NCBI GenBank assembly: GCA_031763465.1
Contig: JARFOE010000192.1
Location: forward strand, 10,337,750 to 10,377,287
Source: Squatina squatina
Lineage: Eukaryota
Length of the DNA: 39,538 nucleotides
Direction: 5' to 3'
Each line of letters opens with the position of its first letter. Within the stretch, counting starts at the first letter, position 1. Position numbers and translations under genes: made by a program. Below are positions 1 through 11,515 of this stretch, piece after piece. The notes under the pieces are model-generated. The model saw only the letters and a program-made list of their open reading frames with translations, was not told the DNA's origin and searched no databases.

Positions 1-548
1 CATGCATTGCAAGAGCTAAATAAATGCCTGCACATGCCTTGGTGTTGAGTTTCAGAAGAAGCCAAAGGAGCCTATTACATGTAGCCAATATAACTTGGCC
101 ACTGTGACTAAGATAACATTATTTAATGAACTTTAGTCACACTTGCTGAGGCTAGTAAAACAAGGGCACATTACAAGTATAGAATCAACCCTGTACTATC
201 AAAGCCACGTAGTAATACAGCCTACTACTCTAGCAAGTCCCGATGCTGAGCAAAATTACTCCATTTATCTTTTTCATTGTGACTGAGATTTATGACAACA
301 ACATGTTAGAGCTATTGCACTTATGGTAGAAAGTTCAACACAGTGCTGAGTTAATAGCCTTTAAATATCACTGAGCATATGTGCCACTCCATAAGGAAGA
401 GATGGTCAGCTCAGCATAAATTATACAGTCTGATTTCAGTAGCTGCAGCCAAGGGAGAATGGCAGCATTTTATTTTGCCAGAAACTGTGTGCATTTTATT
501 ATTTATTTTAAGAAGTGCTGATCTTTTGTTAACTAATCTGAATTGCAG

Positions 549-671
549 CTGATGTTCTGAGTGAAGAAGCCATTCTAAAATGGTACAAAGAAGCACATGT
601 TTCCAAGGGCAAAAGCATCTTTCTTGAGCAAATGAAGAAATTTGTCGAGTGGCTACAGAATGCTGAAGAAG
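549..671 (+). CDS. BZW2: BZW2 (eIF5-mimic protein 1) penultimate coding exon, end of W2 domain
   Basis: Acceptor ttgcag at 543-548 and donor gtagta at 672. The 123 bp exon reads (A)[40 protein letters not shown](E). DVLSEEA, KEAH and LQN match BZW2 rather than BZW1 (EVLSEEP, KDAH, LKN). The final exon is not visible. Confidence 0.95.
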
Positions 672-980
672 GTAGTATTCACAAAATATTTAATTCTATT
701 GCAGTGGATTTACAATGCGAGGCTGTACAATATTTCTTTTCTTCCCTGGCACCAAATTCCATACCCTTGGCAAACATATTTGCTGAAATGAGCAGAGCTA
801 CTTGTGTTTTATTCTNNNNNNNNNNNNNNNNNNNNNNNNNNNNNNNNNNNNNNNNNNNNNNNNNNNNNNNNNNNNNNNNNNNNNNNNNNNNNNNNNNNNN
901 NNNNNNNNNNNNNNNCTGGTTGGGCAGAATGGCCTGTCTCGGTTGTATATCCTATGTAATCCTAAAATGATCCAAACACA

Positions 981-1145
981 GGGAGGGTAATTAAGGTTTT
1001 TATTGCCGGGCGTAAAACGAGTGATAGGGAACCGGCAGGCCATTTTACATCTCGCTTGATCTCTTTTCCACTGCGAGGCACAAAATGGGCAGCTGATTTA
1101 CTTTCACCCATTTTCCAGCCAACAATAAAAGTTAAAATTACGTCC
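981..1145. mobile_element. MITE with imperfect terminal inverted repeats (Harbinger-type)
   Basis: Left end gggagggtaattaaggtttttattg is roughly complementary to right end caataaaagttaaaattacgtcc; CpG-containing interior in AT-rich flanks. Confidence 0.55.
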
Positions 1146-1303
1146 AGTATGTATATGTATGTAATTGTATGGCAAAAAGTTTAACATTTCTCTTGGAACT
1201 AGAACTTCAATTGTAAAAAGAATAATGTTACTTGAACTTTATTTTAACAATTTGTTCTAGCACATTACCTGCTTTTACAACTTTCAAGTGTTATTTGTTT
1301 CAG

Positions 1304-1378
1304 ATCCTGGGAGTATGGTTAACACACAGATACAGGAACCAGAAAGATCCGCGAGCAAATCCAAGTGCTTTCCTGTAG
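1304..1378 (+). CDS. TSPAN13: Tetraspanin-13 last coding exon
   Basis: Acceptor ttatttgtttcag ends at 1303. Reads [24 protein letters not shown] (TAG 1376-1378), the TSPAN13/TSPAN31-type C-terminus. Position after BZW2 and before AGR/AHR favours TSPAN13. Confidence 0.93.
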   Translation: MLGVWLTHRYRNQKDPRANPSAFL

Positions 1379-2835
1379 GAGAAACCTTCAGAAATGTCAC
1401 ACCACTGAAACACTGCACTACTGAAGCCACCTGCTATTTTTGTTATTGTTGAGACTTTCTACATCTAAAACTCCACCTGCTTGCAAGACATGTCTTTCAC
1501 CTGGGATAAGGGTTTTCTTTCACTTATTGCTTTCTCTAATGAAACTGAGAATTGAACTTGGTTAATCCCTAATAGCATTCAAAAGTTGTGAGGAATGCAC
1601 TGCTGATTACTGCTGCCTGTAGCCTAATTCTTGTCGCAGGCATTTGGTCAACACAAGAGGTTTCTTTGACCGTTTTCTTTCAGAATTGCCAGCTTGTGCA
1701 CTCTTAGAACAGCATCGCACTGATAACATTGAAAATTACCTTCAAAGGAAATGAGGCAATTAACTTACAATATTTTTTGACACCCCAGCTCCTGAGAGTA
1801 TTGAGGTGTCTAATGACACAATTCTAGCTTTTAATTTTTTTCATTTTCCACAAGTGCATTGCTTGCTAAGATTAAAGATATTTTGTTTGATTGGGAGATG
1901 ACCATGGTTACGGTTGAACAAGTTAGAATATAAATAAATAAGAACTCAAATGCATTTTCTTTTGATGTAATGGCTTGGTGGAGCAGTTCATTATTATAAC
2001 ATTTTCACATTGTACTTTGTGGATTTTTCAGAAGCCATCTCAAGATTTGTTTTCTACTGGACAAAATAAATTGAGAAGTTTGAGGAGTGGATCTCTTGAT
2101 CCACTGTGAGCAATACTAGCCTCAAGAAATGAATTTCTCTCTGCATAAAGATCTTTTGAGTTTTGCAGTGTTTGCAGGATTTTGTGCTTTTGTGTGAAAA
2201 GCTCATTTCCTTGATCAATCAGTCGCTTCTGACTGTACTATTTGCCTAGTTTATTTGTAAATGCTTATATCCTGCCTTTATACCTGCCAGTGTGATTAAT
2301 GTGAAGTTCTGTTGTAGCACTGTAGCATCCTGAAGATCATTGATAAATTTAATATACTTTTGTGATTTGGTGGTAATACTTTAATCTATTAACACTGATT
2401 TTAAAGGACTTATGTTTTGCTTTCAGTGCACATAGTAAAATTGGTTTATTAGAAATGTTGCTAATTTGGAAACAAATTATACGAGATGCGTTTGCGTGTA
2501 TTAGTTTTTCTCTGCACATGATTGCGAAACTCCTTTTTATTCAGTTATTTAAAATATCGATCATTGTGCAATTGTGTGCAATTTTGCTCATGGCATAACT
2601 ATTCAGAATTACGAGTATATTTGACAGTTTGGTATCTCGGTATGTCTGTGTACAGGTCAAAGCATTGATCGTTCATAACACAACATTGGAGCAAAACAAG
2701 TGATTTAAAATGTCTTGTGGGAAAACTGCTAATGTGGAGAACATTACTACTGTATTTATGGGATTTATAAAATTTAAGTGACTGGGTAAATTGTCAACTC
2801 CAAACATTAAAGTTTCACTTATGTGAATGAGTGAA
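1379..2835 (+). other. TSPAN13: Probable TSPAN13 3'UTR with poly(A) signals
   Basis: AT/GT-rich sequence with no repeats I recognise after the stop. AATAAA at 1933-1938 and 2065-2070; ATTAAA at 2806-2811 followed by a U/GU-rich tract at about 2841-2880. The 3' end is inferred. Confidence 0.55.
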
Positions 2836-3439
2836 TTGAATGTTCCTTTTTTTTTCTTCGTGTTTAACTAGTTTCTTTCTATAGTTTGTTTGTTAGGGAT
2901 TTTGAACTCATTACTTTTTATTGTGGCTAATTGCATTTCTTTAATGTTGCTTTAATATTCTGTTGTGGCAATTTACTATATATATAATAGTATAAATGGA
3001 TGGATAGATAATACATATACATCTAAAAGCTGCAAAGGGCTCAGAGGTTCAAATATTTCTTCCTGTCGGGCATTACAGTTAAGACTGAACTTATCAATTA
3101 CCCAGTATCCACACATGCACTGTCCAGCAAGGATCACTGTACAATAACCAAGTGCAGGAACACTAGATGACTTTTTAACATTTCCTCACTTTCTTCCCCC
3201 TTCTACCAAAAAAAAGCACATGAGGACAGTATATCCTTTAGATGTGCTACCATTACTTTCCTGGCAGAAGTCAGCTACCTGAGTGTAGGTGAGGATATGA
3301 ACCTGACCTCTTCATGGTTCAGTACCACAATATATCGTGGATTTATCAGGGTATCCACTGTGTAAGGAATTTTGAATAAGTTTGTCAGTACTTATTTAAG
3401 GAGATTTGCCTGTTTCTTACACTGCCATAGTAAGAATCC

Positions 3440-3975
3440 TTCTCGCTGAATGTGGTGGGTCCTGAACAGTATTACATTGAAATATAGAGGGCCAGAAAAT
3501 ATGCAACCCCATCAACTGCTGCTAGTATCTAATGATATTGGTCATATCTTCTCTCTTTCTGTAGGTACTTATCCAACCATCTCTTGAACTTGTTGAGACC
3601 ACCAGCTCCCACTATCTCCCTTGGCAGTCATTCCATTATTTCTGTGTAGTGGTTAAATTTAAACTGTCTTATCACTCTGCCGCTTCTAAATTTGAGGCTA
3701 TGCTTCCTTGTGGAATCTATGACTGACATTTACCTTTTCTATTCCCTTGAGGATTTGAATACTTCTATAAGGTCACCCCTGATTCATCTATTTTCCAGTG
3801 TAAACATTCCAGCTTCTGCATTCTCTCCTCTCAGCTCAGGCACCTTATCTCAGCTATAAACTTAGATGTCCTTCACTGTACTCTCTCTTATGCCTGGATG
3901 TATTTTTTTTTCATTGCAGTGATCAGAGTTGCATAAAATATTCCAGGTGGACCAGACCAGTGCTCTGCACAAACT
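3440..3975 (-). mobile_element. Old degenerate CR1-like LINE 3' fragment
   Basis: Motifs such as ctataaggtcacccct and ccaggtggaccagaccagtgctctgcac resemble reverse-complement CR1 ORF2 3' sequence. No open frame; boundaries approximate. Confidence 0.45.
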
Positions 3976-4065
3976 CCGAATTCTTCAGATTTGTGTTGTA
4001 TTCTTTGGGCGATATGATCCAAGATCCTATTTCCTTTCTTTTCTGCTGATGATGCATTGTGCTGA

Positions 4066-5725
4066 TTATTTTGTTCATTCATGGGATGTGGGCATCGCTG
4101 GCAAAACCAGCATTTATTGCCCTTCAGAAGCTGGTGGTGAGCTGCCTTCTGGAATCCTGCAGTCCATGTGGTGACTATAATCCCACAGCGCTGTTGGGGA
4201 GGGAGTTCCAGGAATTTAACCAGTGACGATGAAGGAACAGCAATATACTTCCAAGTCAGGATGATGTGTGACTTAGAGGGGAACGTGGAGGTGGTGGTGC
4301 TCCCATGTGCCTGCTGCCCATGTCCTTCTCTGTGCTAGAGGTCGTGGGTTTGGGAGGTGCTGCTGAAGAAGCTTTGGCAAGCTGCTGCAGTGCATCTGAA
4401 GGTGGTTGGGCCTCGGACACTGCCCTGAGGAACTCCTGCAGCGATGTCCTGGGGCTGTAACAATTGACTTCCAACAACCACAACCATCTTCCTTTGTGCG
4501 AGGTATGACTCCAGCCAGTGGAGCGTTTTCCCCCTGATTCCCATTGACTTCAGTTTTACCACATCTCCTTGCTGCCACACTTGGTCAGATGCTGTCTTGA
4601 TATCCAGGGCAGTCACTCCCACCTCACCTCTGGAATTTAGATCTTTTGCCCATGTTTGAACCGAGGCTGTAATGAGGTCTGGAGCCGAGAGGTCCTGGCT
4701 GAACCCAAACTGGGCATCGGTGAGCAGGTTATTGGTCAGTAAGTGTCATTTAATAGCACTCTCGATGACACCTTCCATCACTTTGCTGACGATTAAGAGT
4801 AGACTGATGGGGCGATAATTGGCCCATAGCCTTTGCTGTATCCAATTCGCTCAGCCATTTCTTGATATCGCGTGGAGTGAATCAAATTGGCTGAAGACAG
4901 CTTCTGTGAAGGTGGGGACCTCAAGAGGAGGCTGATATGGATCATCCACTCGGAACTTCTGGCTGAAGATGGTTGCAAAAGCTTCAGCCTTGTCTTTTGC
5001 ACTCACGTGCTGGGCCCAGCCACCATTTGAGGATGGTAATATTCATGGAGCCTCCTCTTCCCATTAGTTGTTTGATGGTCCACCACCAATCACGACTGGA
5101 TGTGGCAGGACTGCAGAGTTTTGATCTGATCTGTTGATTGTGTGATCACTTAGCCCTGTCTATGACATGCTGCTTCTGCTTTTTAGCATGTATGTAGTTC
5201 TGTGTTGCAGCTTCCCCAATTTGGCACATCATTTTTAGATATGCCTGTTGCTGCTTCTGGCATGTTCTTCTGCACTCCTCATTGAACCAGGGTTGGTCCC
5301 CTGGCTTGATGGTAATGGTAGAGTGCGGGATATGCCGGACTATGAGGTTATAGATTGTGGTTGAATACAATTCCACTGCTGCTGATGGCCTGCAGCGCCG
5401 TATGGATGCCCAGTTTTGAGTTGCTAGATCTGTTCTGAATCTATCCCATTTAGCACCGTGGTAGTGCTGCGCAACACAATGTAGGGTGTCCTCAGTGTGA
5501 ATGCAGGACTTCATCTCCACAATGACTGTGTGCGGTGGTCACTGCTACTAGTGCTGTCATGGACAGATGCATCTGCGACAGGTCGATGGATGATAAGGTC
5601 AAGTAGGTTTTTCTCTCGTTTTGGTTCTCTCATCACCTGTCGCAGGCCTAGTCTGGCAGCAACGTCCTTCAGGACTCAGCCAGCTTGGTCAGCAGTGGTA
5701 CGACTGAGCCATTCTTGGTGATGGA
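4066..5725 (-). mobile_element. Non-LTR retrotransposon (CR1/L2-group LINE), internally deleted, 3' end present
   Basis: Broken ORF2 pieces: HYHGAKWDRFRTDLATQNW...KPGDQPWFNEECRR (5146-5520) and RT motifs ALDIKTASDQVW...WLESYLAQRKMVVVV...AGVPQGSVRGP (4335-4622). 3' terminus ...cacatcccatgaatgaacaaaa near 4066-4090. Same family as 30857-31483. Confidence 0.9.
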
Positions 5726-6539
5726 NNNNNNNNNNNNNNNNNNNNNNNNNNNNNNNNNNNNNNNNNNNNNNNNNNNNNNNNNNNNNNNNNNNNNNNNNNN
5801 NNNNNNNNNNNNNNNNNNNNNNNNNAAACAATACATTCAACTTATCAAATCGGTGTCTTCAGCAGACCACAGATAATTCACAGTGCCATGGGCATTAATC
5901 TGTACCTATTAGTCGTTGTGGCACTACACAGACACTCCCAACACACTGTACCAACTTCTAGGACTTAAAAAAAAACTGGAGCAGGAAACTAGCGACAAAT
6001 CAAGGTACACAATGCTACACTTCATGTTTTGAATAATCAGCTGGTATTTCTCGGAATGTTCTGCACATTTATTTCCTCCTCCACTCCACCTGTGCCATTC
6101 TGCGGCGGGGGGCGGGGACCAGAGCTACATTTCCTGTTTTAGTTACCATCTCTTCAAATGGTTGCCCGTTGATATGTTGGCACCTCTTTAATATCCCTTT
6201 CTTCCTCACTACACATTTCATGTATTTGCTCCCTTCTGTATGCCCCATCCACCATGTGGCCCCGCTCCAACGCTATTTCCTTCTGTTAAGCCCACACACA
6301 CTTTTCCAGTCGAAAAGCGCGGTTTGTTTTCCATGGTTTAAGTTTCAATCCTGCGATCTCCCTCGTCAGCTCGTACCACACACTAATCTACCAATCATCC
6401 CAGGAGTTATTCCACTCATAATGTGATGTGTGTATCGAGCTATATGAAAATCCAAAGAACGAAGGGAGAAGTACGCCGAGATGTAGGAACAGTACCGACT
6501 GACACTAGAGAGCGCTTTTGGTCAGAACGACAGCATTAC

Positions 6540-6603
6540 CTCTTTCTAGCCTTGTGCAGCCCTTCTTCGTAGGTCTGAACCCAATTAACCTCGTCGGCCC
6601 ATC
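6540..6603 (-). CDS. AGR3: Anterior gradient protein (AGR3-like), coding exon 2
   Basis: 64 bp exon between acceptor cgtag and donor gtaatg. Reads (G)[20 protein letters not shown](S/R) in phase with the previous exon. AGR family is secure; the paralogue call is moderate. Confidence 0.8.
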
Positions 6604-6764
6604 CTACGATAAATAAGATATGCAATTATTATTTTGCAGACAATATCACAGGAAAAGAGAGGGAAACACAAGGCTGGTACATTGAACAAACTGCACAGAT
6701 AGAAAATACTAGTCAAGTGTTGGGAGCCAGCCCAAAGCGATGTGAAAAGTTGCAGCTACCTTAC

Positions 6765-6912
6765 CTCTGGACAAACTGAGAGGACATTTCTTCTCTTTTT
6801 TAGTCTCGTCCTGAGGCGATGGGCTCACAGTCTTCTGATCAGTGCGACCTCTGGCCAGACAAGACGAGGCAGCCGCCAGCAGCACCAGCAGGGAAAGCGA
6901 AAGACGAGCCAT
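6765..6912 (-). CDS. AGR3: Anterior gradient protein (AGR3-like), coding exon 1 with signal peptide
   Basis: ATG at 6912. Reads MARLSLSLLVLLAAASSCLA-RGRTDQKTVSPSPQDETKKEKKCPLSLSR(G), then donor gtaagg at 6764. PLSLSRG corresponds to the AGR motif PQTLSRG. Upstream acceptor gctaattctgtgtttccag suggests the exon starts at 6941. Confidence 0.82.
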
Positions 6913-7101
6913 CCTGATGGGGTTCAACTTCGAGCAGATTACTGGAAACACAGAATTAGCGAAATAATGGGTTCTGACAATACTACAACGTAATTCCAAA
7001 GAGAGAGACCAAAAAAAGTTTGGACAATGTTTCAGATTGTAAAAAAAACGATTTCCTTTTTTGAGTGAAAATGAAAAGTGAAGGTTGTATCTCCTGCTCA
7101 C

Positions 7102-7155
7102 CTGTGCGGGTTAACGGTAGATCTGAGCTCGGTGCTATTGAGACTGTGCTGTGAG
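7102..7155 (-). other. Putative non-coding exon 1 of the AGR gene
   Basis: Strong donor CAG|GTGAGC at 7102/7101, giving a 160 bp intron to the acceptor at 6942. Start inferred about 25-30 nt downstream of the TATA box. Confidence 0.6.
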
Positions 7156-7183
7156 TCAGTGGTGTCAGGTTCCCAAATATATA
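7152..7183 (-). promoter_or_regulatory. AGR core promoter: TATA-like box and AP-1 site
   Basis: TATATAT on the minus strand at 7177-7183; TGAGTCA at 7152-7158. Confidence 0.5.
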
Positions 7184-8030
7184 CCTGATGTTCGCCACCA
7201 TCCTTGCATCGCCCTCCCCAATTTGGGAATGCAGGAAGAATGAGCTTTGTTTAGATGATTTATCATCACTTCTGTAAGTAGATATGTTCATTTTAGAACT
7301 TTTGAGCTTCGAATTTTCAAAGCACAGTTTCTTAGGTGCAGTTTTGCAAGTTTAAACAGAAAGAGAGAATTATTTAGAAAACTTGGCGCCTGTTCAAAAC
7401 ATTGGGCAATTCAAATCAGTGTATGTTGATTGCTCTGAAAGCTGACTGGTCTGTCTGCTATTGGCTCAAAGTTTTACAGGTGACATGCTAGTATTTTAAA
7501 ATGACATTCCAATTGACTACTGTGCTGATTCACAACTTTAGATTTCGTTTTAAATGAATAGTGGCAACACCCCAATATTGCCTCTGCAAAATTTATGGAT
7601 CTATTTTATATTTTGTTACAAAAAATCCTCATGTATATGACAAATACAATATGTTTAAACAAAAAGTATTTAAAATAATTTTCTATTTTCAATGAATGGT
7701 TTCTAAAGCCAACACTGGGGTTCATCAAGCATTTATTGAAGTCTGGTTTCAGGGTCTTCCTTTGCCAATGGTTGGAGTTTTTCCATTTGCATTGTTGTAA
7801 TACCTCTGTATAGTGAAACAGATATTTGGCTTTGCCTGTGTGTACTGGATTTAGGCCGATTTCAGGGATTAGTTTTACAGTCCAGTTGTCCTGCTTTCTC
7901 CACATACTTTTAATATTCTGCTTCAAGTGANNNNNNNNNNNNNNNNNNNNNNNNNNNNNNNNNNNNNNNNNNNNNNNNNNNNNNNNNNNNNNNNNNNNNN
8001 NNNNNNNNNNNNNNNNNNNNNNNNNNNNNN

Positions 8031-8582
8031 CCCTAATAGAAAAGAAAGCACGGGTTTCACCACCCCAAAAATCCAGACGCTGTCACAGCCCATTTAGCGC
8101 CCAAACAATTGAGTCCAATTGTTTGTCGGGTGGCCATTTTGGGCGGTGCGCCCTCTGATAACATCACGGAAGCCAATTTGCGCCTAGCGCCACGTTTCCA
8201 GCACTCCTCAGTCAGCGCCCAATTAGCGTCGGCGCTAAACTGAGGCCAATTGCGCAAATTTCAATTTACCGCCAAAAACAGGCGTTCGACCCCTAACACC
8301 TGTTCTACGCCCATTTAGCACAAGCGCCGGAGTGCCAATTGGCCACCCTGAGCCTCCACACATATAATCATTTATTTTCAGTACTAGAGATTGATTGGCA
8401 GTAATTAACACTTATCACATTGTTAAAAGAGTACTTAGACTTGAAATGACGACTTAATGTTCTGTGGAATGCTTAGTTTGTATCTAGCACACAAATACAG
8501 CAACTTCATGCCATTCAATGCATTTCAATGGTGAGGCAGTCAGCAATACCCTCATTGTTATTTTGACTGGCAAATCTGGCCC
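8031..8582. mobile_element. Harbinger-type non-autonomous element fragment
   Basis: CpG-rich, with repeated tagcgc/ggcgct subterminal motifs as in 15720-16079. Terminus-like caaatctggccc at 8571-8582. Confidence 0.55.
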
Positions 8583-11421
8583 AATGTTTAAGACTAAATG
8601 AAGTTTTGTGAAGCAGCAGTGAGGACTTTGAGAGACTCACACCTGTAGGCGAATCTGTTCTAATTGTAAGTCCATGTGGTTTCACCAAGTGTAGAATATA
8701 TGATCGTGATAATAAAAAAACATAGCCATGGGCAGAGTTTCCCCGTACGTCCCTGCACNNNNNNNNNNAACTTTTCTACTTCTGTAACAAGCATTTTCCA
8801 GGGAGCTCCGCAGTACTGTCGCTCCTCCTGCAGTGGCTTTATAAATTAATGTAAAATAAAACTGTGCATCCTCTCCTCTTTTGGAAGCTGAATAGTTTTT
8901 TTTTGACACTTTTTCACAACCACTTCAAGTTGACCACAACCCAAAGGGCAGTCAGTCAGCAGTGGGAGTGGAGAGTGAGTTGTTGTCACTGTTATGAGTT
9001 TGTCACCTCAGAGTTACCTTTGGAGTTCATCAATATGCACAATGGACTGAACTACAAGCAACTATAACTAGTAATCTCAGCCTTAAAATGACATAAAAAT
9101 AAATTTGCTTTAATTATAACTTCTCTATATTTAATACATTCATTGTCCAAATGAGAGCTAAATCATCCAAATACTTTCAAATCAGTTTCTGGTCGCTCTT
9201 ATAAATAGGATGCTGCTGGTCTTTGAGTGTTGGAGCTCATTTTAAGAGGGTGACGGAAAGCTGTTAGTCAATGAGTACAGTAATACATTTCAGATAACAC
9301 AGAAAAGAAAAAGGGTCAGCATGGCACTGCAAAAACTTAAAGAAGGAATATGTTCGCAACGATTTCTCATAAGTTCTTTTGTTGCTGTGCAAGTCCGTTC
9401 AAGTTTATATAATGACAAAAATGAGCACTGCGTGTTGAACAGCTTTTTCTCGCTGTTGTCTGGAAAAAACATTTGAAATGCCAGGGTCTGATGATATAAT
9501 TCGGAACCCGACACAATTTTAACCATCAAATGCTCGAATTGCACACAGTCTCAGAGCCGTCAGCAAATGCTAGCAGCGAGCAGAATAGGTTCAGAAGAAG
9601 CCCAGGAAAGTTTAATTTACAACATTTTTTGTAAAGTTCCTTATGGCCTAGGAGGAGCCGTGCTCTTTTGATCTTTTAATATAGGAGGAGCAGTAGTGCT
9701 GCCCAGAGATATCCGCACGTCACCCCCCGCCACCATCCCACCCATTGGCCATGATTGTCCAAGACCCCTCTCTCCTCACTGACCCTGCCAGGGTCCATTT
9801 CCCTGGGTGCCCGACGGCAGCCTACAGCGGTGTGATTTCTGCTCTCGCCGGCCAGTCTCTGCATCATTCCCACTGGTCAGTGAGGGGAGATTAAAATGAG
9901 GCTCTGATCTCCGACCCATGCAGGATCATTTTCATCCTGCAACAACAGGTTGCTTTTGCAGTTATGCAAAGTGAACTCTTTTTGAGTATAAATTTCAAAG
10001 CCAACTTAGGAGAAATCCAAGAAAAGCAATATTTCAACTTTACAAAATCTATTGAGTAAATATCACATACCTCTTGACAGTGTTTGAGGTGGCCGTTTTT
10101 TGATTGCCGTGGATGTGACAGCAACCAGGAGTAAATATAGAGGAACAAAAATCTGCAGCATTGTTGTATAGTAAACTGTAATTACACTCTTGATTGGAAT
10201 TCAAACTGGAAGAACGGATCAGAGTTACTGGCACCAACTCTTTCTGCGTCTGTTCAGTGTGAGAAGTACCTGTCTTAGTCACTATTGCAATTAGTCTCTG
10301 GCAGGAAAAAGTTTCTGAAGTGATGATTTATTTACGTAAGGTGCAATCACCTCATCAAAAAACTGTGCCCATGGCGACTGTGTGACGTACAGCTGGAGCA
10401 GAGCTCAACAAAAACTCAGAATGAGTTCTAACCATGCTATTTTCATTTAATATGTTTTGCAATGTTGCAAAATGCTATTTAGTAGAAATATGGATGCCAA
10501 GATGAAGTAGAAATAGGGAAAGGGAGTACAGCCATTTTCATCAAACAGCTTTGACATTTTGTGNNNNNNNNNNAGCACAAATCAGAGCTGGGTTTAATTC
10601 ACAGAACGAGAACCTACCAATAAAAAACAGTAGTCTTTCTAAACTTCACAAAGATGACAGGACTCAATCCTATTTGTACAGCATTAAAGCCATTTTTTTA
10701 ACAATTCATTCTGTGGAACAAAACACTTTATTTTACCAAGCACTAATGTTGGCTTTTAAATTGGAAATGCCCTAAGTTGCTCCATGCTTTTTTTTAAATT
10801 TCAGTATTTCTTCAATAAAATGTCCAAGATGTTTCTGTTCATCAAATAAATATGCATCATTACATTATGTACAACATCTTCAATACTTCGACTGTAAAAG
10901 TGATGATTGAAGGTGTTTATTGTGCTTGGCTAGCCAAATATTTAAAAACTAAAAGTGATTTTTTTAAATCACAGAATATTTCAAAGATTCAATCCATGTT
11001 TATGCATTTCACAGTCACAAACAGTAGAAAATAAGACTAATAATACATTTTATTTTATTTATAGCACCACCCAAACTGAAAAGGATAAGAGAGATGATGA
11101 GACAAATCNNNNNNNNNNNNNNNNNNNNNNNNNNNNNNNNNNNNNNNNNNNNNNNNNNNNNNNNNNNNNNNNNNNNNNNNNNNNNNNNNNNNNNNNNNNN
11201 NNNNNNNNGAAGCCCTGAATGATTTTTCCATCCTTAGCCAAGGTGCACCGTGGCCATATGTATCTTTAGTACAATCCTGATAGGTAGGCTAGAAAGTACA
11301 TAGAGAGAGAGAGAGGCCACAGAGACAGAGGATTGCATTTATCACAGACCAGCTGGTATATAAGGGTTGACTGCAGCTCATTCAAGTTATAAGTTACACT
11401 CAAATGCTGTACCAAAACTAT

Positions 11422-11515
11422 GGCTGGGAAATTCCTCGGAGCTGCTCCCGCTGCAACACACTTCCGGAAAAGTAATGCCTGTGGAGCAGTAGCAGCTCTA
11501 AGGAATTTCCTGACC
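11422..11515. mobile_element. 94 bp palindromic MITE
   Basis: Left arm ggctgggaaattcctcggagctgctcccgct versus reverse complement of right arm ggtcaggaaattccttagagctgctactgct, about 31 bp imperfect inverted repeat. Confidence 0.75.

Noticed and set aside
632-970. 112 aa ORF starting [13 protein letters not shown]
   Set aside because: Only the first 13 codons are BZW2 exon; the rest is intron and gap.
6709-7101. 130 aa ORF as a single-exon gene
   Set aside because: It is the AGR coding exon 6765-6912 read through flanking intron and UTR.
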